DNA of 63,218 nucleotides, the filler included, from Asterionella formosa (taxonomy: Eukaryota): NCBI GenBank assembly GCA_002256025.1. It is 10 parts of 10 records of this genome, joined end to end, with 100 filler letters (N's around TTAATTAATTAA, not from the genome) between each part and the next. Parts side by side here need not be neighbours in the genome. Positions count along the whole stretch, not along the records: positions 1 to 25,094 come from NKIB01002077.1; 9 more parts are not named here. One strand, 5' to 3'. Positions 11,941 to 25,094 of this stretch are shown here, one piece after another; position 1 is the stretch's first letter; every line of letters starts with the position of its first letter. A program made the position numbers and the translations under genes. The notes beneath the pieces are model-generated. The model ran no database searches, was not told the origin of the DNA, and saw only the letters and a list, made by a program, of their open reading frames with translations.

Positions 11941-14070
11941 ATGGCGGATACCTCCTCCTCTCACGAAAACGAGGCAAATGCCGAAAAGCCACCTCAGGTA
12001 TCGGGGACAACAAGCAACGATTTAGTCCGTCAACATAAAACGACAGAACAGCAGGTTAATACCATCGATTTTACGGCAGACTACTCTCTTTACACAACGG
12101 AGTCCTCTTTCGATCTTCATCGCCATGCAAAGGCATCAATGAACACTCACTTTAAAAAGGGAAACCAGACCCACTTGACCAATGAAAAAAACGACGACTG
12201 GTCGAAAAATCAACCTACAGCAAAAGAACATTTCATCACGGACAACATGACCTGCTGCAGTACCACCAAAAACAATGAACAAGGCGATCCCATGCTAGAC
12301 TCTTCTTTTCCTTACAATTCAGTTGCAGTCTCTGCACACCAGTTCCAGTTATTGGAAATGGCAAGTGGCAACTACCAGCAAAAGCCGACTGCACACATTC
12401 CGGTGATCGCGGCCACAAAGACCAAAACATCTCGTTCTTCCATGGCTGGGCACTCACTTGACTTCAGTCATACCACGCTTGCAAATGAGGATACATATGA
12501 TGATTTGCAAAATCCGCATCACACACCAGTCATCAATGTAACCACAATGAGTCAGATGCAACATACTGAAACTGAAAACCAGAGTACTGAAAACGGCCCT
12601 TCCAGGTGCTTCAACAACACTACAACAAAGAAATATAAGTTACCTCATCATGCCTTTTTCACTCCACATCGCTGCCATTAGAAACGACCCAATCAACTGG
12701 CAAATGGCAATTCCGTTTTGGAATCCTCATTACAGACACTGGACATAGCAGGAAATACTCATTTTAGAGATTTAAATGGAAAAGAAACCCATGTCATCAC
12801 CACTGATCACTCATCAGATGATGGCGAAACTGGTTGGCAGACAGTTTCTCCCTGGACAAGACGTGCTAAGGCAACTCATTTAGCTTGCATTCACCCACCA
12901 ATCCAGCCAAATAAAGGAATGGCTAAACATGCTGCATTGCTTCCTGGATCCATAACATCAAGGAAAAACATGGTAATCTCGAAATTATTCATACTAGCAA
13001 AGAACCCTAAGCCAAGTTCACCCATTAAAACAGGAACATGTACAAAACGCCCAATGTTGTCACCGGATAGACAAACAGATGATCCAAGACTAGCCCTGAT
13101 GCCAGCAAGCCCAACTCAGCACAGTTCACCAGATGTTGAGATGCTTGACTTGCAGAGCCCTCCAGGAACTCCCAAAACAACGAATATGTAATTCACACAA
13201 CCAAAGACAACAACAACAGAGCTCAAGGTTAATGAACAGATGCGAGTACTTCCAGAAACTACGGTGGTTATGGACAACCAAAGTTTACAGTTGGAAGATT
13301 TGGAGCAAGAGGAGAAGGATCATATCATGGCCGAAGTTTCCGAACAACACTGTGATCTGTCATACACCTTGGCAACAACTAATCCTCATTCCTTGGCAAA
13401 ACAGAATGATCAATATATAGCAATAAAAATAAATTGTATGGACAACACAGCAAACAATGAATCTGTCATGGCTATTATCCGGGCATTACTCAAGGCTATT
13501 CTCAACAAAGTACCATCTGTTCAAATCATTGCTCCAGTTACATCCAAGTTGCTTGACCCTATCACAAGAAAGCAGGGTAACATTCCAGCTTCAAGTGAAA
13601 CTCGAATTATTAGAGGCTATGTGCAAAAAGGCGCATTAACTAAGGATAGCTTCCATGTGCTACTGCATCTGCAAACACCTCAGCCATTGGATATTTTTGG
13701 AAACAATAAACTTCACAAGGTATTATCAAAGTATCCAGTTTTATCTGTATTGCAGGCTCCATGATGCTTCTGATCAATCAGTGTCTCACGACTAAGGCGG
13801 AACTGTGATATATTTTTGAGATCGTTGCCATTATCCAGATGTAAATCCATAATATTTGTCTTTGGATTATCAGTGACTGGTGAAGTGTCACTCCTTCCTT
13901 GAATGGGGGGAGAAAAAGGCGGCACCTTCTTGTTACCAGGAGAGGACAGATCTGACAAAATATCATCATTGTCAGAATTTGAATCTTGATGATGATCTCG
14001 CTGCTTTGTTGAAGCAGTTGTATTTCTTACAAACTCTTCGTACTCATGAGACAATTTTTTTGCGGGAGTA
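11941..14070 (+). pseudogene. Decayed LINE ORF1-like region
   Basis: Consecutive low-complexity S/T/P-rich frames (11830-12681, 12718-13191, 13240-13764) broken by stops, ending in a globular part (YIAIKI..IIRALLKAI..QIIAP). Confidence 0.4.
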
Positions 14071-15189
14071 ACGAAATGCCTGCTATGTTTGACATGAATA
14101 GGAAGGCTTTTTTCTGAGTCTTTTCATTCTGGTTACTGTTGCGGTACTTCTTCTGAGACAAGTTATCAACTCTAGAATTATCGCTTCTTTTTATTCCTTT
14201 ACCGGACATGACGATAACAATGTACAGGAGTGAAGGTACGGTAAACAGGCCGCTGATGCTTTAAAATCAAAGAATGAAACAATATTATAAGAGAAAAGTC
14301 TGATCTTATTTTTGGCGCGCCAAGATTAAAAAGGGAGTTGGTCTCTTAGAAATGTTAATTTATCATTCACTACCTATGTTATAATCTGAGTACTTTGGAC
14401 TTATATCATAATAATGCACTTCAAGTGTTTTTGATCATGTTCAAATACCTACCAGTAGTATTGATCAATACTGTAGCCAAACTTGAATGTTAGAACAGTA
14501 CCAACAGGAACATAGACAAAATACACAGTACCAGGGTAGTTTCCGTTTGGATAATGGATACATACAAGGTCCTGTTACTGTATGTACTCTGAGCATCATG
14601 TAAGATCCATTATTACTCCATCATGTAAGTACCTGGTACCAGTAAAATTTGACGGTATGAATATGTACCTATGATACATGGTGTCCACTATCCACTATTT
14701 TGGATATGACAACTGGAAGGATACCAGGTATTCGCATTCCTGTCAAGTCTTGTATATTTTATCTAATCATACATACTGGTAGGGTATTAAATGTTCCTTC
14801 GAAAAAGTTACTAGACATACAGAGATGTATGTTATACACACTTTTTAAAGAAGAGAAAATGTTGAGATATTGATGAGGGAATGGTGATAGAGAGCCTTCT
14901 ACCGGTATCAAACCAACCGGTGGGAAGAGGTGGTAAGTAATATTATTGTTTTGCTTCTCAACTGTGGCTACCAAGGCGCTTATGATTGGTACCATGTGAG
15001 ACCAGAAGCAAACTATAAAATTGTATCGCTGTTCGTGTGTGCTGCTACCACTCAAAGTTTCTACACTTCCTCAGGACGAACGATGAAAATCAACCTAATT
15101 ACAAGGTTAGAAACCGCACTTAATATCTTTGTGCACAATGCTGCAGAGGCTTTGTAGTGTCTGTGTCCAATAATTTGGATTTCGACATT

Positions 15190-15710
15190 AATAACATCTT
15201 TCCCTTCCATATGTGCAGATGTGAGGGTTAACAATGCTACCTGTCACCCATCAATCAACAGTGAGAGCATAGGTAAGTTACTAAACTCTTATTTGATGCT
15301 CGTTATGTCGATTAGATCGACCTGAAGTTACTATATAGATTGTTTATGTCATCAGTTTGTGACACATGTGTGGCTGGAGATGCTTTAATCGTTGCAACAC
15401 TTTTGCTAACTTTGATATTATCTCCTCAAAATCATACAGGAACCTTGGAAAATGTGGCTTGATACCATTCTTAATGGAAGCAACAATCAACAATGAGAGC
15501 ACAGGTAAGTTATATGCACATTGCCTGCTCATACAGAAATTGGAGTGATGGATTGTTCATGTGATCATTTCGTGGTACATATCTACATTTAGATGCCTTG
15601 CTTACTGGATGCAACAGTTTTGCTAACATTGTTGTTATTATCTCTTACAGGAAAGTCCTACAAGAACATTGGAGAATGTGACTTGCTGCCATTCGCAATG
15701 GTAGAGGTTC
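15190..15710 (+). repeat. Diverged ~230-bp repeats with exon/intron-like structure
   Basis: CAATCAACA(G/A)TGAGAGCA(T/C)AG|GTAAGTTA near 15251 and 15484; TTTTGCTAAC branch-like motif near 15401 and 15619. Confidence 0.55.
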
Positions 15711-16253
15711 GAATAAAGCATCATCAATTTTGTTTACTCTCTCATTTGAATTTGAAAAGGCAATGATCTAAACATAACTACCGGAAGTGAAATTAAGGTA
15801 TTGAAGACCACTGTGTGCTCATTCTGATAGAGGATGCACAGTGGAAAGTATGGGCAACCAGAAGTAGAATATTTGAGTATTAAATAGCAATCCATTTAAT
15901 TCGATTTGTGTTCATCATTGATCAAACATGATAATAGGTTTGATCAATGAGAGAAAGAAGTTAGATCAGGAGTACTGAAGGTTAGATCGAAAGCAAAAAA
16001 TTCTATTTGATATTAGCATTCCAAAGGTTCGATTGAATGAATAACTGATTTGATCTCATGATCACTATCTTTAGATCGAACACCAAAACGTTAGTTGACA
16101 ATATGAATGAGAGTGCTGTATTGATCATAAGCAGATCGTATGATCTATTGATTTGAAACTAATTGATATATATGTGATGAGAGTACACTAAATGTGATTC
16201 CTTATTAATGTTACAAATGCAGTCGACTACATATTACCTAATATGTATGTGAT

Positions 16254-16912
16254 CTATGCTTGCTTCAAAGCTTGCATCTGCTTTTGTTTTTCGTGGCTCC
16301 GATGAATGGCCTCGCGAACTGGTCCGCAAACAGGGCAACGAACATCTTTACATCGATGATAATGACTCAAAACATAGCGAGAACTGACGCAATGAGGAAC
16401 AAGACACTTCTGATCCTTGCATTCAGCAATGTGCTTCCAAAGCCGTTTCATGCCTGCACAATGAGGAGTCACTGGACAGTGGCCATCGTCGTGTTGACAT
16501 TTTGCAGCATGGCGCAATAACAAAAGACGTTGTTGCTGGTGTCTCAGCACTTGAGGACGATCTTGTGTCTGTTGAACATACTGTAGAGGTTGTTGCTGCT
16601 GATGTTGCATCTGCATCAGCTGTTGTTGTTGCTGCTGCTGCTGCATCCCTTGCTGTTGATGCGCCCCCTGCTGTTGCTGCATTCCTTGATGCTGTTGCAC
16701 TGATTGCTGATATTGGACTGGCTGATATTGATTCTGTTGCGACGTTGGATGCGATCCGTTCGCGGGAGCAAGACCTGGTTGCAGGGACACCATGTTATGC
16801 GGGGGGGCTCCTATCGGCACACCCTGAGAGGGAGCAGTGACCATACCTTGCGGCATCTGGACATTAGGGGCTCCTGCTGGAGCCACTCGAGGTGGCGCAC
16901 TCTGCATTCTGC
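16254..16912 (-). pseudogene. Fragment of a CBP/p300-like histone acetyltransferase: polyQ plus TAZ zinc finger, 3'-truncated
   Basis: QQRLLLLRHAAKC..CPVTPHC..LWKHIAEC..CLVPHCVSSRYVLSHYHRC..CPVC is a TAZ finger. Acceptor TTTTCTCGAACAG ends at 16913. Coding sequence runs abruptly into AT-rich DNA. Confidence 0.85.
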
Positions 16913-17128
16913 CTGTTCGAGAAAATGAAATTCAAGTTTGGTCAAACTTTCAATTGACCTGGAATGAAAGCTAGACCCCGATCAATTCAAAAGATTTGTC
17001 TCTTTACTCATGAAGTGTAGAAACCAATTTATGGGGCAGGCCGCACGCTTGCTTGGGATCAGAGGAAGGCTCGTACTCGGAACGCAATCGGGCCTGTTCG
17101 TTGCAAGGAGAAAGGTTGTAAGTTAAAA

Positions 17129-17441
17129 TAGTAAAATCTGGGTATACGTCAGTTTGTCTCAGGCGTATGCTCAACGGGGAAACCGTTAGGTGTAGTCCTG
17201 CGAGGTCTGTCTTATGACATGCAGGCGCCTGGTACTAGCGGCCTCTAGGACCAGCGTGCATTTTGGTCATCCTTGAGTGGGTAATCCTTGTCTGGAATAT
17301 GTCGAGTTTTTCCCATCCAACAAGATGTGTTGGATATTGCTTTGTGATTACTCCTTTAGTATGTGGTACCCTTCGATAGCGCTTATTGCAACATTAGGTT
17401 CAGTATTCTCTCCATCACCTGTTTGATAGGAGAATTAGTCG
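17129..17441 (+). repeat. 5' LTR
   Basis: Matches 22924-23236 with about 14 substitutions counted by eye and no indels. Confidence 0.95.
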
Positions 17442-17457
17442 GTTTATCAGACCCACG
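17442..17457 (+). promoter_or_regulatory. Candidate primer-binding site complementary to a tRNA-Ile anticodon arm (half-tRNA primer)
   Basis: GTTTATCAGACCCACG directly after the LTR; reverse complement CG-TGGGT-CTGATAA-AC fits tRNA positions 25-40. Confidence 0.55.
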
Positions 17458-17499
17458 TAGCCTCTTCAGTAGCCTTTATCGGTTGATTGTTGTAATTTT

Positions 17500-20400
17500 C
17501 GAAGGGAAAACTGCTGGCCAGCAAGCAAAGTTTGATGATGACGCTCTTGCATCTTTACTTGATCAGGAGGAAAGAGAGGGCACAACTAAAGGGAGATCTG
17601 TGGGGTTTGCCAAGGATGGGCTAACCCTGCCTACATTCAATGGCAATCAGATTTCTTATAAGACCTTCATTATAAAGTGGAGAGCTTATCTCTCTAACTC
17701 TAGGAATGAAGAAGGATATCCCCTACTCTATGTTATTGTTAGAGCAAGGAAAGAAGAGTCATCTATTAGATGTCAGATCAAGGGTACCACACTCTTGGGC
17801 AAAAGATTTGACTGCGATGACTTCAAGGTCAGTCAGATGTTAGAAATGGCCCTTGCTGATGGCGGCGCCTCAAGGAAGTTTCCCGGGGATGAGCAGTCTG
17901 CATATTTGAGCATGCATTCTCAATATCAGGGTATTTCCAAAAATGAAACCAGGTTTCAAGAAGTGAGGAACAAACTCAAAACGTTACAGTATGGGGCAAC
18001 GAAAAACTTCCCCTGGGATAAGTTCAGCAACACCTTGTTGAGTTATCACCAAGAACTTGAAAGCATGAAGGCTGGAGTGGACAAGCATACCCAAGTTCGT
18101 GATCTTGTCAGCATGATTCTTCATGAAAAGACCAAGGGCATAGCAGCTGAGATTGTTGCTACTGACAAAACGGCGAAGAAAAGTCTTTGTCATGCCTTGG
18201 CCAAGATTGGAGAACGCATGGCGCTACTTGGCACATTAACTCAGACGGGTGATGATGGTCAAAATAGCACTCCAAATCGGCAAATCAAGAAACTAAAGTC
18301 AAAAATCAAAGCATTGAAAAGAAAGGATTCCGAGAGAGGAAAAGGGATAGGCGATAAGAAACAACAAGGCGAGAACAATTATATTTCAGATAATGTAATT
18401 GTGGCAGTGCAGAAAGCTGGAGGGAAACTTGGGAGCAAATATGTGAGCTATCTGCTCAGGGGTCGAAACAAAGAGGAAGGTCGTGTTGTAAAATCGGTAT
18501 CGAGTGAAGGACATGACAATGAGCGAGCCGATTCTGAAGATGATGTGACTGAAGGTCCCAGCCACATGCCAAGTGACGCTGCTTCTGCATCATTCAGCCG
18601 CGACTCTCGGAATAGGTATTTTGAGAACCCAACCAAAAAGCAAAAGGTCAGCTCAACAAGCAGCACCCGTAGGGAGCTTGCTGGTGTGGTGACTCACTGT
18701 AAAGTGGGCTACAAGGTTGGAAAGGCACTAGTCATACAGCATCCTAATGACTTTAAGGTCACAGCTCGTCTGGAAGTGGATTCCAGAGCCGACACATGCT
18801 GTTTTGGGAAAACATTCCGCCTACTAGAGCAAAGCGATCGAGTGGCAGATGTTCAGGGCTTCTCTGGGGAGCTCGGATCCTTTTCAGATGTTCCAATTGG
18901 CACATGTCCAACAGCAATTGACCTAACAGGGGTACAGGAAACCATCATTGGTGTCTGGAACGAAGGCCTTTACTTTGGCAAGCAAGTGTTTAGACGATTC
19001 ACTCCTCAACCCTAATCAGTGTCGAGCATATGGTATTGTCGTCGACACCTGCCCCAAGCAATATTCCCAAGGAAAGTCTTTGCACGGAATTTACGTTCCA
19101 GAACAAGACCTTTTCTTCCCATTAAAGATGCATGGATGCATCAGCTATCTCACTACTCACCTCCCTACCGATGATGAATTAGTCAACTGTTGGCACGTCA
19201 CATTTACTTCCGACGCAGCATGGGACCCTTTTTCTCAGTCCTTTGCCAACCTCGAGAAGGTTTATGAAAATGTTGCTCGTGGAGATACAACTGGGGAGTT
19301 CTTTAGCACACATGGCGACATTGTGCACTGTGTTGGAGCCACTTCCAGCACAGATCGCCGCTCAACTGTGGATGCAGCCACACTGGCCCAACGAACAAGT
19401 TTGGCAACTGCAGCAAGTACCCTGCAGGCATCTACAACAAGAGCAGCACGGTTTTACCCACAAATGGAAGAGCTCTCCCGCCGGTTTCGTACGCGTCAAG
19501 GACAGTTACAATACCCTCACCTTCGTACTAGGTGGTATACTGATACCATGTTTCCCAAGGACAAGGTGAAGTCGGTGAGGGGACACACATGTGCACAACT
19601 TTTCTGTAATGATCAGTGTTGGGCCAAGGTGTATCCAATGCGCTCTGAGGCAGATTGTGGGGATAGATTCAATGAAGCCATCCGGCAATATGGAATTCCA
19701 GAACTAGGTATCCACTCAGACAATGCAGCTGCGGAAACAGGGGACTTCACAGAGTTTGAGAGAGTCTGGAAGACCCACTTAGTTCCTCACACAACAACAG
19801 AGCCTCACAGCCCCTGGATGAACAGAGCTGAGAGCGAGATTGGACAATTCAAGATGCATTGGCGTCGTATCATGAATAGGTACAGATGTCCAGACATGCT
19901 ATGGTGTTTTGCAGCGGAATACACCTCCAACATCCGTGAGCTCATGTCTAGACCTGCACTTGAGGGTCGATCTCCACACGAAGTGATGACAGGTGAGACT
20001 CCTGATATTTCGGAGTCTACAGATTTCGATTTCTATCAGTTTGTGATTTACTATGATCCCAATGATATGGACAAGAGTGGCCTGGCCCGACGGAAACTCG
20101 GGAGATGGCTCGGCCCCTCCAAGAGCGTTGGGCAAGCATTATGTTACTATATACTTAAGGCGAATGGGCCGTACATCGGTCGGTCAACTGTGAGGCCGAT
20201 TGTCGATGATGATTATTTAAAGTATCCAATGCTGAGAGATGAAATGAAAGAATTTGAGACTAGGATAAGGAGCATGTTGGGGTCCATGATAATGATGCTA
20301 TCCTCCAGTCTGAGGTAGATGAGCCTGAAGAAGAGATCTTCGAGGCTACCCCTGATGGCATTCTCCCTACAGATGAGGAAGATCTGGAAGAAGATCCTAA

Positions 20401-22663
20401 TGGTCCAAGTTTCGATCCACTGATTAAGGCTCAGGTCGTACTTCCACACAAGGAGGGCGAAATGATTGCAGTGGTCATTAAACGAAAGCGGGATGCAAAC
20501 GGGAACCTGGTTGGGCGAAAGCACAGGTTTCCAAGGTTAGATTCCAGGGTTTATGAGGTCGAATTCTTAGATGGTGAGCGACAGCAAATCGCATAGAATA
20601 TATTGGCAGAGCATCTCCTCAGTCAGGTAGACGAGGAGGGTAGACAGTACCAACTCTTCAAAGAAATTGTGGACCATCACCGTGATTCAAGGAAGGCTGG
20701 TGTGGAGAAGAGTGATCAATACTTCCAGCGAAATGGGAAACATTATAAAAAGAAGAGAACAACTGGTTGGGATCTAGAAGTCCAATGGAGGGACGGATCT
20801 ACATCCTGGCTCCCATTAAAGACTTTGAAGGAAACAAATCCAATTGAAGTTGCTGAATATGCGAAAGCGAACGAAATCGAAACCGAGCCTGCTTTTGATT
20901 GGTGGGTTCCAAGGGTCTTAAGACGCAAGAAACGAATCATCAAGGCAACACAGAGTAGACACCACCGAGCTGGTTTTAAATTTGGGGTTCAAATGCCAAG
21001 TAGTATTCCCGATGCAGCAAGGTTGGACCATGAAAATGGTAATACACTTTGGATTGATGCTCTCCACAAGGAGATGTCTGCAGTGATGATAGCTTTTGAA
21101 GTTCAGCCAGAAAAGGCAACCCACGTTCCTGGGTACAAGAAGATTCCGGGACATATAGTCTGGGATGTCAAGATGGACTTCACGCGCAAGGCTAGGTATG
21201 TGGCAGGAGGTCATAGGACTGACCCCCCAAAGGCAATCACATATTCAAGTGTCGTTTCTAGGAAAACAATTCGCATTGCCTTGTTGGTTGCCGGTCTAAA
21301 TGGATTAAATCTACGGCTGACAGACATTGGGAATGCTTATTTGACAGAGCCTGTGACAGAGCGTTATTATGTTGTGGCAGGGGACGAATTTGGCCCGCCG
21401 AAAGGTCGTGTGCTGAAGATCGTTCGTGCTCTTTATGGTCTGAAGTCTGCTGGTGCCGCCATTCGGGCACATCTGGCTTCTGTGTTACGTGATCACTTGC
21501 ATTTCTATGCTTGTGAGGCTGATCCAGATCTGTGGTTGAGGAAAGCAACAAAACTGGATGGCTCAGGATACTATGAATATGCATTGGTCTACGTCGATGA
21601 TGTTATGCTCATTTCAGCGGCAGCTGATGAGTTAGTCAAAGAATCAGCTGGTTATTTTACACTTAAGGTCGTTGAAGATCCAGGGACCGCACCTTGCCGC
21701 TATCTAGGCGCAATGGTTGGTCAGTATCAATTTGGTGATGGTTCATTGGCGTGGTCAATGTCAGCAGAGGATTATGTCACCAAGGCTATTCCGACCATTG
21801 AGGAAGCTTGGGATGAAAAGTTATGCCAAAAGGCGTCCTCACCCTTACCAGCTGGATACCATCCTGAGATTGATGTCAGCCCCCTATTGAGTGAGGATGA
21901 TGTATCCTTGTACGCTAGTTATATTGGAATCCTACAATGGGCGACTGAGTTAGCGCGAATTGATTTGATGCATTCGGTGGCGCTCATGTCGAGATTTAGG
22001 AATGCTCCGCATGAGGGACACATGGAGGCAGTGCTCCGCATATTTAGTTATGTGAAAGGGCATCTGAGGTCACGGCTTGTATTTGATCCAGCATATAGGG
22101 ATTGGACTACAGTCGATTGGTATGACGGTGCTGATTGGAAAGAATTCTACCCTGATGCTGTTGAGTTGATTCCAACAGGTGCACCAGAGGCTCTTGGGAA
22201 TGAGGTACAAATCAACATCTTTTGTGATGCTGCGCATGCGACTTGCCTTGCTACCCGTAGATCGACAACAGGGGTATTGATATTCATAAATGGTGCTGCT
22301 GTGAGGTGGTATTCCAAAAGGCAAAATACTGTCGAAACGTCAACTTTTGGGAGTGAGTTTGTGGCGATGAAAATTGCTATTGAAATGAATGACGCCCTTA
22401 GATACAAGTTACATATGATGGGAGTGCCCATTGATGGTGCCGCAAATGTGTTTGGAGACAACGCAAGTGTGGTAAAGAATGTGACTAGGCCTGAGTCAAC
22501 ATTAAATAAAAGGCATAATGCGATTGCTTATCACAAGTGTCGTGAGGCTTGTGCATGCGGATCAGCGCATGTTGCACATGAACCTGGTAAGGCTAACTGC
22601 TCTGATGGTCTAACGAAAATACTCACTGGGGTGCCGTTTTATCATTTTGCCAGGAGTGTTTAA
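17500..22663 (+). pseudogene. Copia gag-pol polyprotein, frameshifted
   Basis: Protease EVDSRADTCC; integrase YTDT, IHSDNA, EPHSPWMNRAE; RT DIGNAYL, RALYGLKS, YVDD; RNase H FCDAAHA, FGSEF, FGDN. Frameshifts near 18985 and 20280 and a TAG at 20594. Confidence 0.95.
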
Positions 22664-22915
22664 TATTAAATTGTTTCTGTTATATCTATTGGAACATTGC
22701 TTGAGAGAGATATTAAGTGATGTTTGATACAGAACAAGGTTCAATAACTACTGTTCTTTTCCAAAACGGAATAGGAAGACAGTGGGTTGCGAATCGGAAT
22801 ACATGGTACAGCCCAAAAATGGACTGAGTGATGAAAATCACTGGCAGAACCGGTCGTTATTGTTGCAATGGAGGAGCGTTTTCACAGTGGCATCTGGCAT
22901 GGTTCTTACCACCGT

Positions 22916-22922
22916 GGGGGGA
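22916..22922 (+). promoter_or_regulatory. Polypurine tract
   Basis: GGGGGGA one base before the TG start of the 3' LTR. Confidence 0.7.
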
Positions 22923-22923
22923 C

Positions 22924-23236
22924 TGGTAAATTCTGGGTATACGTCAGGGTGTCTCAGGCGTATGCTCAATGGGGAAACCGTTAGGTGTAGTCCTGCGAGG
23001 TCTGTCTTATGACATGCAGGCGCCTGGTACTAGCGGCCTCTAGGACCAGCGTGCATTTTGGTCATCCTTGAGTGGGTAATCCATGTCTGGAATATGTTGA
23101 GTTTTTCCCATCCAACAAGTTGTGTTGGATATTGCTTTGTGATTACTTCTTTTGTATGTGGTACCCTTCGATAGTGCTAATTGCAACATTAGGTTCAGTA
23201 TTCTCCCCATCGCCTGTTTGATAGGAGAATTAGTCG
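22924..23236 (+). repeat. 3' LTR
   Basis: Direct repeat of 17129-17441, TGGTAAATTC...GAATTAGTCG. Confidence 0.95.
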
Positions 23237-24286
23237 AAAAGGGCAACTCGAGAAACGAAGTGAGACTAGCATGCCGTTTTGAGCTGAATCCAGCAATCTC
23301 CTTGATGAATAATCACACAGTTCGGTAAAGCGTATATGCTTTCGAATGTCAGCATGATAACCTTGTCATTGGCCTCGATGACATTTGGAAACCTTATCCA
23401 TCATTGTACTGTCAGATCTATACCCTGTATTGAATTGACACCTTGACTAACTTGACTAAAAGCAACAATACTACTGTCTACGATGGACCTACGGGACCAA
23501 ACACATCAAGGTTCAACTCTTCAACTGAGCCACCATGGCCAACACCCTTGCATCGTATGCCGTACCTTGTGTAATGTAATGTTGTAATAAGGTCAAACAA
23601 ACCAACGTTTCAACTCGTCGACGCGATGGGAAGAGGTGTCAAATGTACGGCGAAGAAAGATCACCTTACGTGGAGCTTGGTAATAACTCTACTAAAGTGG
23701 AATCGAAGAAGTTCCGCTGTCCAACGAATTATTGCTTCCTGCTTTGGCCACAGACGGGAACCACGAGAACTCCTCTTTTGTCCTCAAATTATATAACGAG
23801 GACCGGAATATATTGAGGGTCACATGACAGTTATTTGAGCTAACGCTGCGGAGCACTCCATCGAACTTGGCCGAAATGCGTTCTTCTTGGACGACGAAGG
23901 AAAATTGATGTCAGCCAGGAATAAAATACCCTCGTACATTTTGCATTACGGACAAGGACAGACGCGATGGAGTTATACCAGACGAGCACCAGACGTACTA
24001 GAAAAACCACGCGATGCGAAGCAAAGGAGTCGAAGCTGAGAAATTAATATAGCGACAACACGACTGTTAAGTTCTAGCTTTTAGAGTTGAATCGAACAAC
24101 CAAGAATCGGCAGCTAGCTAAGACAACAAGGGAAGAAGACAGCAGCCACGCGAGGTTAAACAAGAAAGTAGTAGTACAGGGGCGAAGCACACAATTCTTT
24201 GAAAAACGATTCAGAGAAGCAGTCTAGAGCATCGCCAAGCCTTTCGCAATTTATAGTCTAAATCAATAAACAACATCTCTAGCAAC

Positions 24287-25027
24287 ATGATTCTCGCAAA
24301 CACCTGGAAGAATTATTTTACAGATACTCTCGTTGCTCGCAACAAACTCTTGACTGAGTTCCACCATTTTGCAACCTTGCTAGACCAAGCAACCACGCCA
24401 GAATCCCGCCAAACCATCCTCACCAACACCCTTTTCAGTTTCCACGCAATGATCGATCCTCTCGACCACAAAGTCCATTTCTGCCACCATCTTAGCATTC
24501 TCACAGGAAACAACTGGGAACATTCAGAAACAACCTATGTCGCTCTGCTCGGACTAGGATCAATCGCCCAACCAGTGGTCTTCGACGCCAAACAGGTTCT
24601 CGTCGCCATCACAACCACCATCCCAAATCCCGAGGCACTTCACGACAACTCAACCACGCCTGACCAACTCAGTACTTTGCACCTCACCGCCACCACTGCG
24701 AAGACCACGGAAATCAATCACCTCGTCCAAGTGCCACCGTTCTTATTCAAGGCGATGACCATAAGCACCACTGATGACCCCGCCGAACTGTTTTTCCTGG
24801 CCAGGCTCGCAGCCAAAACATTCGCCGATGCACAGGCAAATCTTATCCCCAATCGCAACAAGGACAAGACAGAAGCGATTCGCACACAAGTATACACATC
24901 AGCGGAGTATTTTTGCATTTTCTTTATACCGCGACAATGGTACCAAACCAATTATCCCTTCCAATCTCCTACGCAACGACGCACCACATCATGGAATGGA
25001 GTGCCACGCTACACCGCACTCACATAA
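24287..25027 (+). CDS. Putative ORF1 of a DIRS/Ngaro-like tyrosine-recombinase retroelement, cut by the contig end
   Basis: HFCHHL....G......YVALLGLGSIAQPV resembles, from recall, ORF1 proteins upstream of RT in diatom YR retroelements; C/A-rich strand bias. Confidence 0.45.
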   Translation: MILANTWKNYFTDTLVARNKLLTEFHHFATLLDQATTPESRQTILTNTLFSFHAMIDPLDHKVHFCHHLSILTGNNWEHSETTYVALLGLGSIAQPVVFDAKQVLVAITTTIPNPEALHDNSTTPDQLSTLHLTATTAKTTEINHLVQVPPFLFKAMTISTTDDPAELFFLARLAAKTFADAQANLIPNRNKDKTEAIRTQVYTSAEYFCIFFIPRQWYQTNYPFQSPTQRRTTSWNGVPRYTALT

Positions 25028-25094
25028 TCTCAACCAGCACGATTGTACAGGCGGACGGCGTACAGGGGGGGGGGGGCGGGGGGGGGGCGGGGGG

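Larger units (their letters stand above)
17129..23236 (+). mobile_element. Full-length but defective Ty1/Copia LTR retrotransposon (diatom CoDi-type)
   Basis: Two 313-bp LTRs, Gag-PR-IN-RT-RNaseH order, PPT, PBS candidate, AAAA on both flanks. Confidence 0.95.

Noticed and set aside
18948..19015. Programmed gag-pol frameshift
   Set aside because: The shift lies after the protease motif and the element has other disabling lesions, so decay is the simpler explanation
25065..25094. G-rich tract as a G-quadruplex element
   Set aside because: Lies at a contig end where poly-G is often a sequencing artefact
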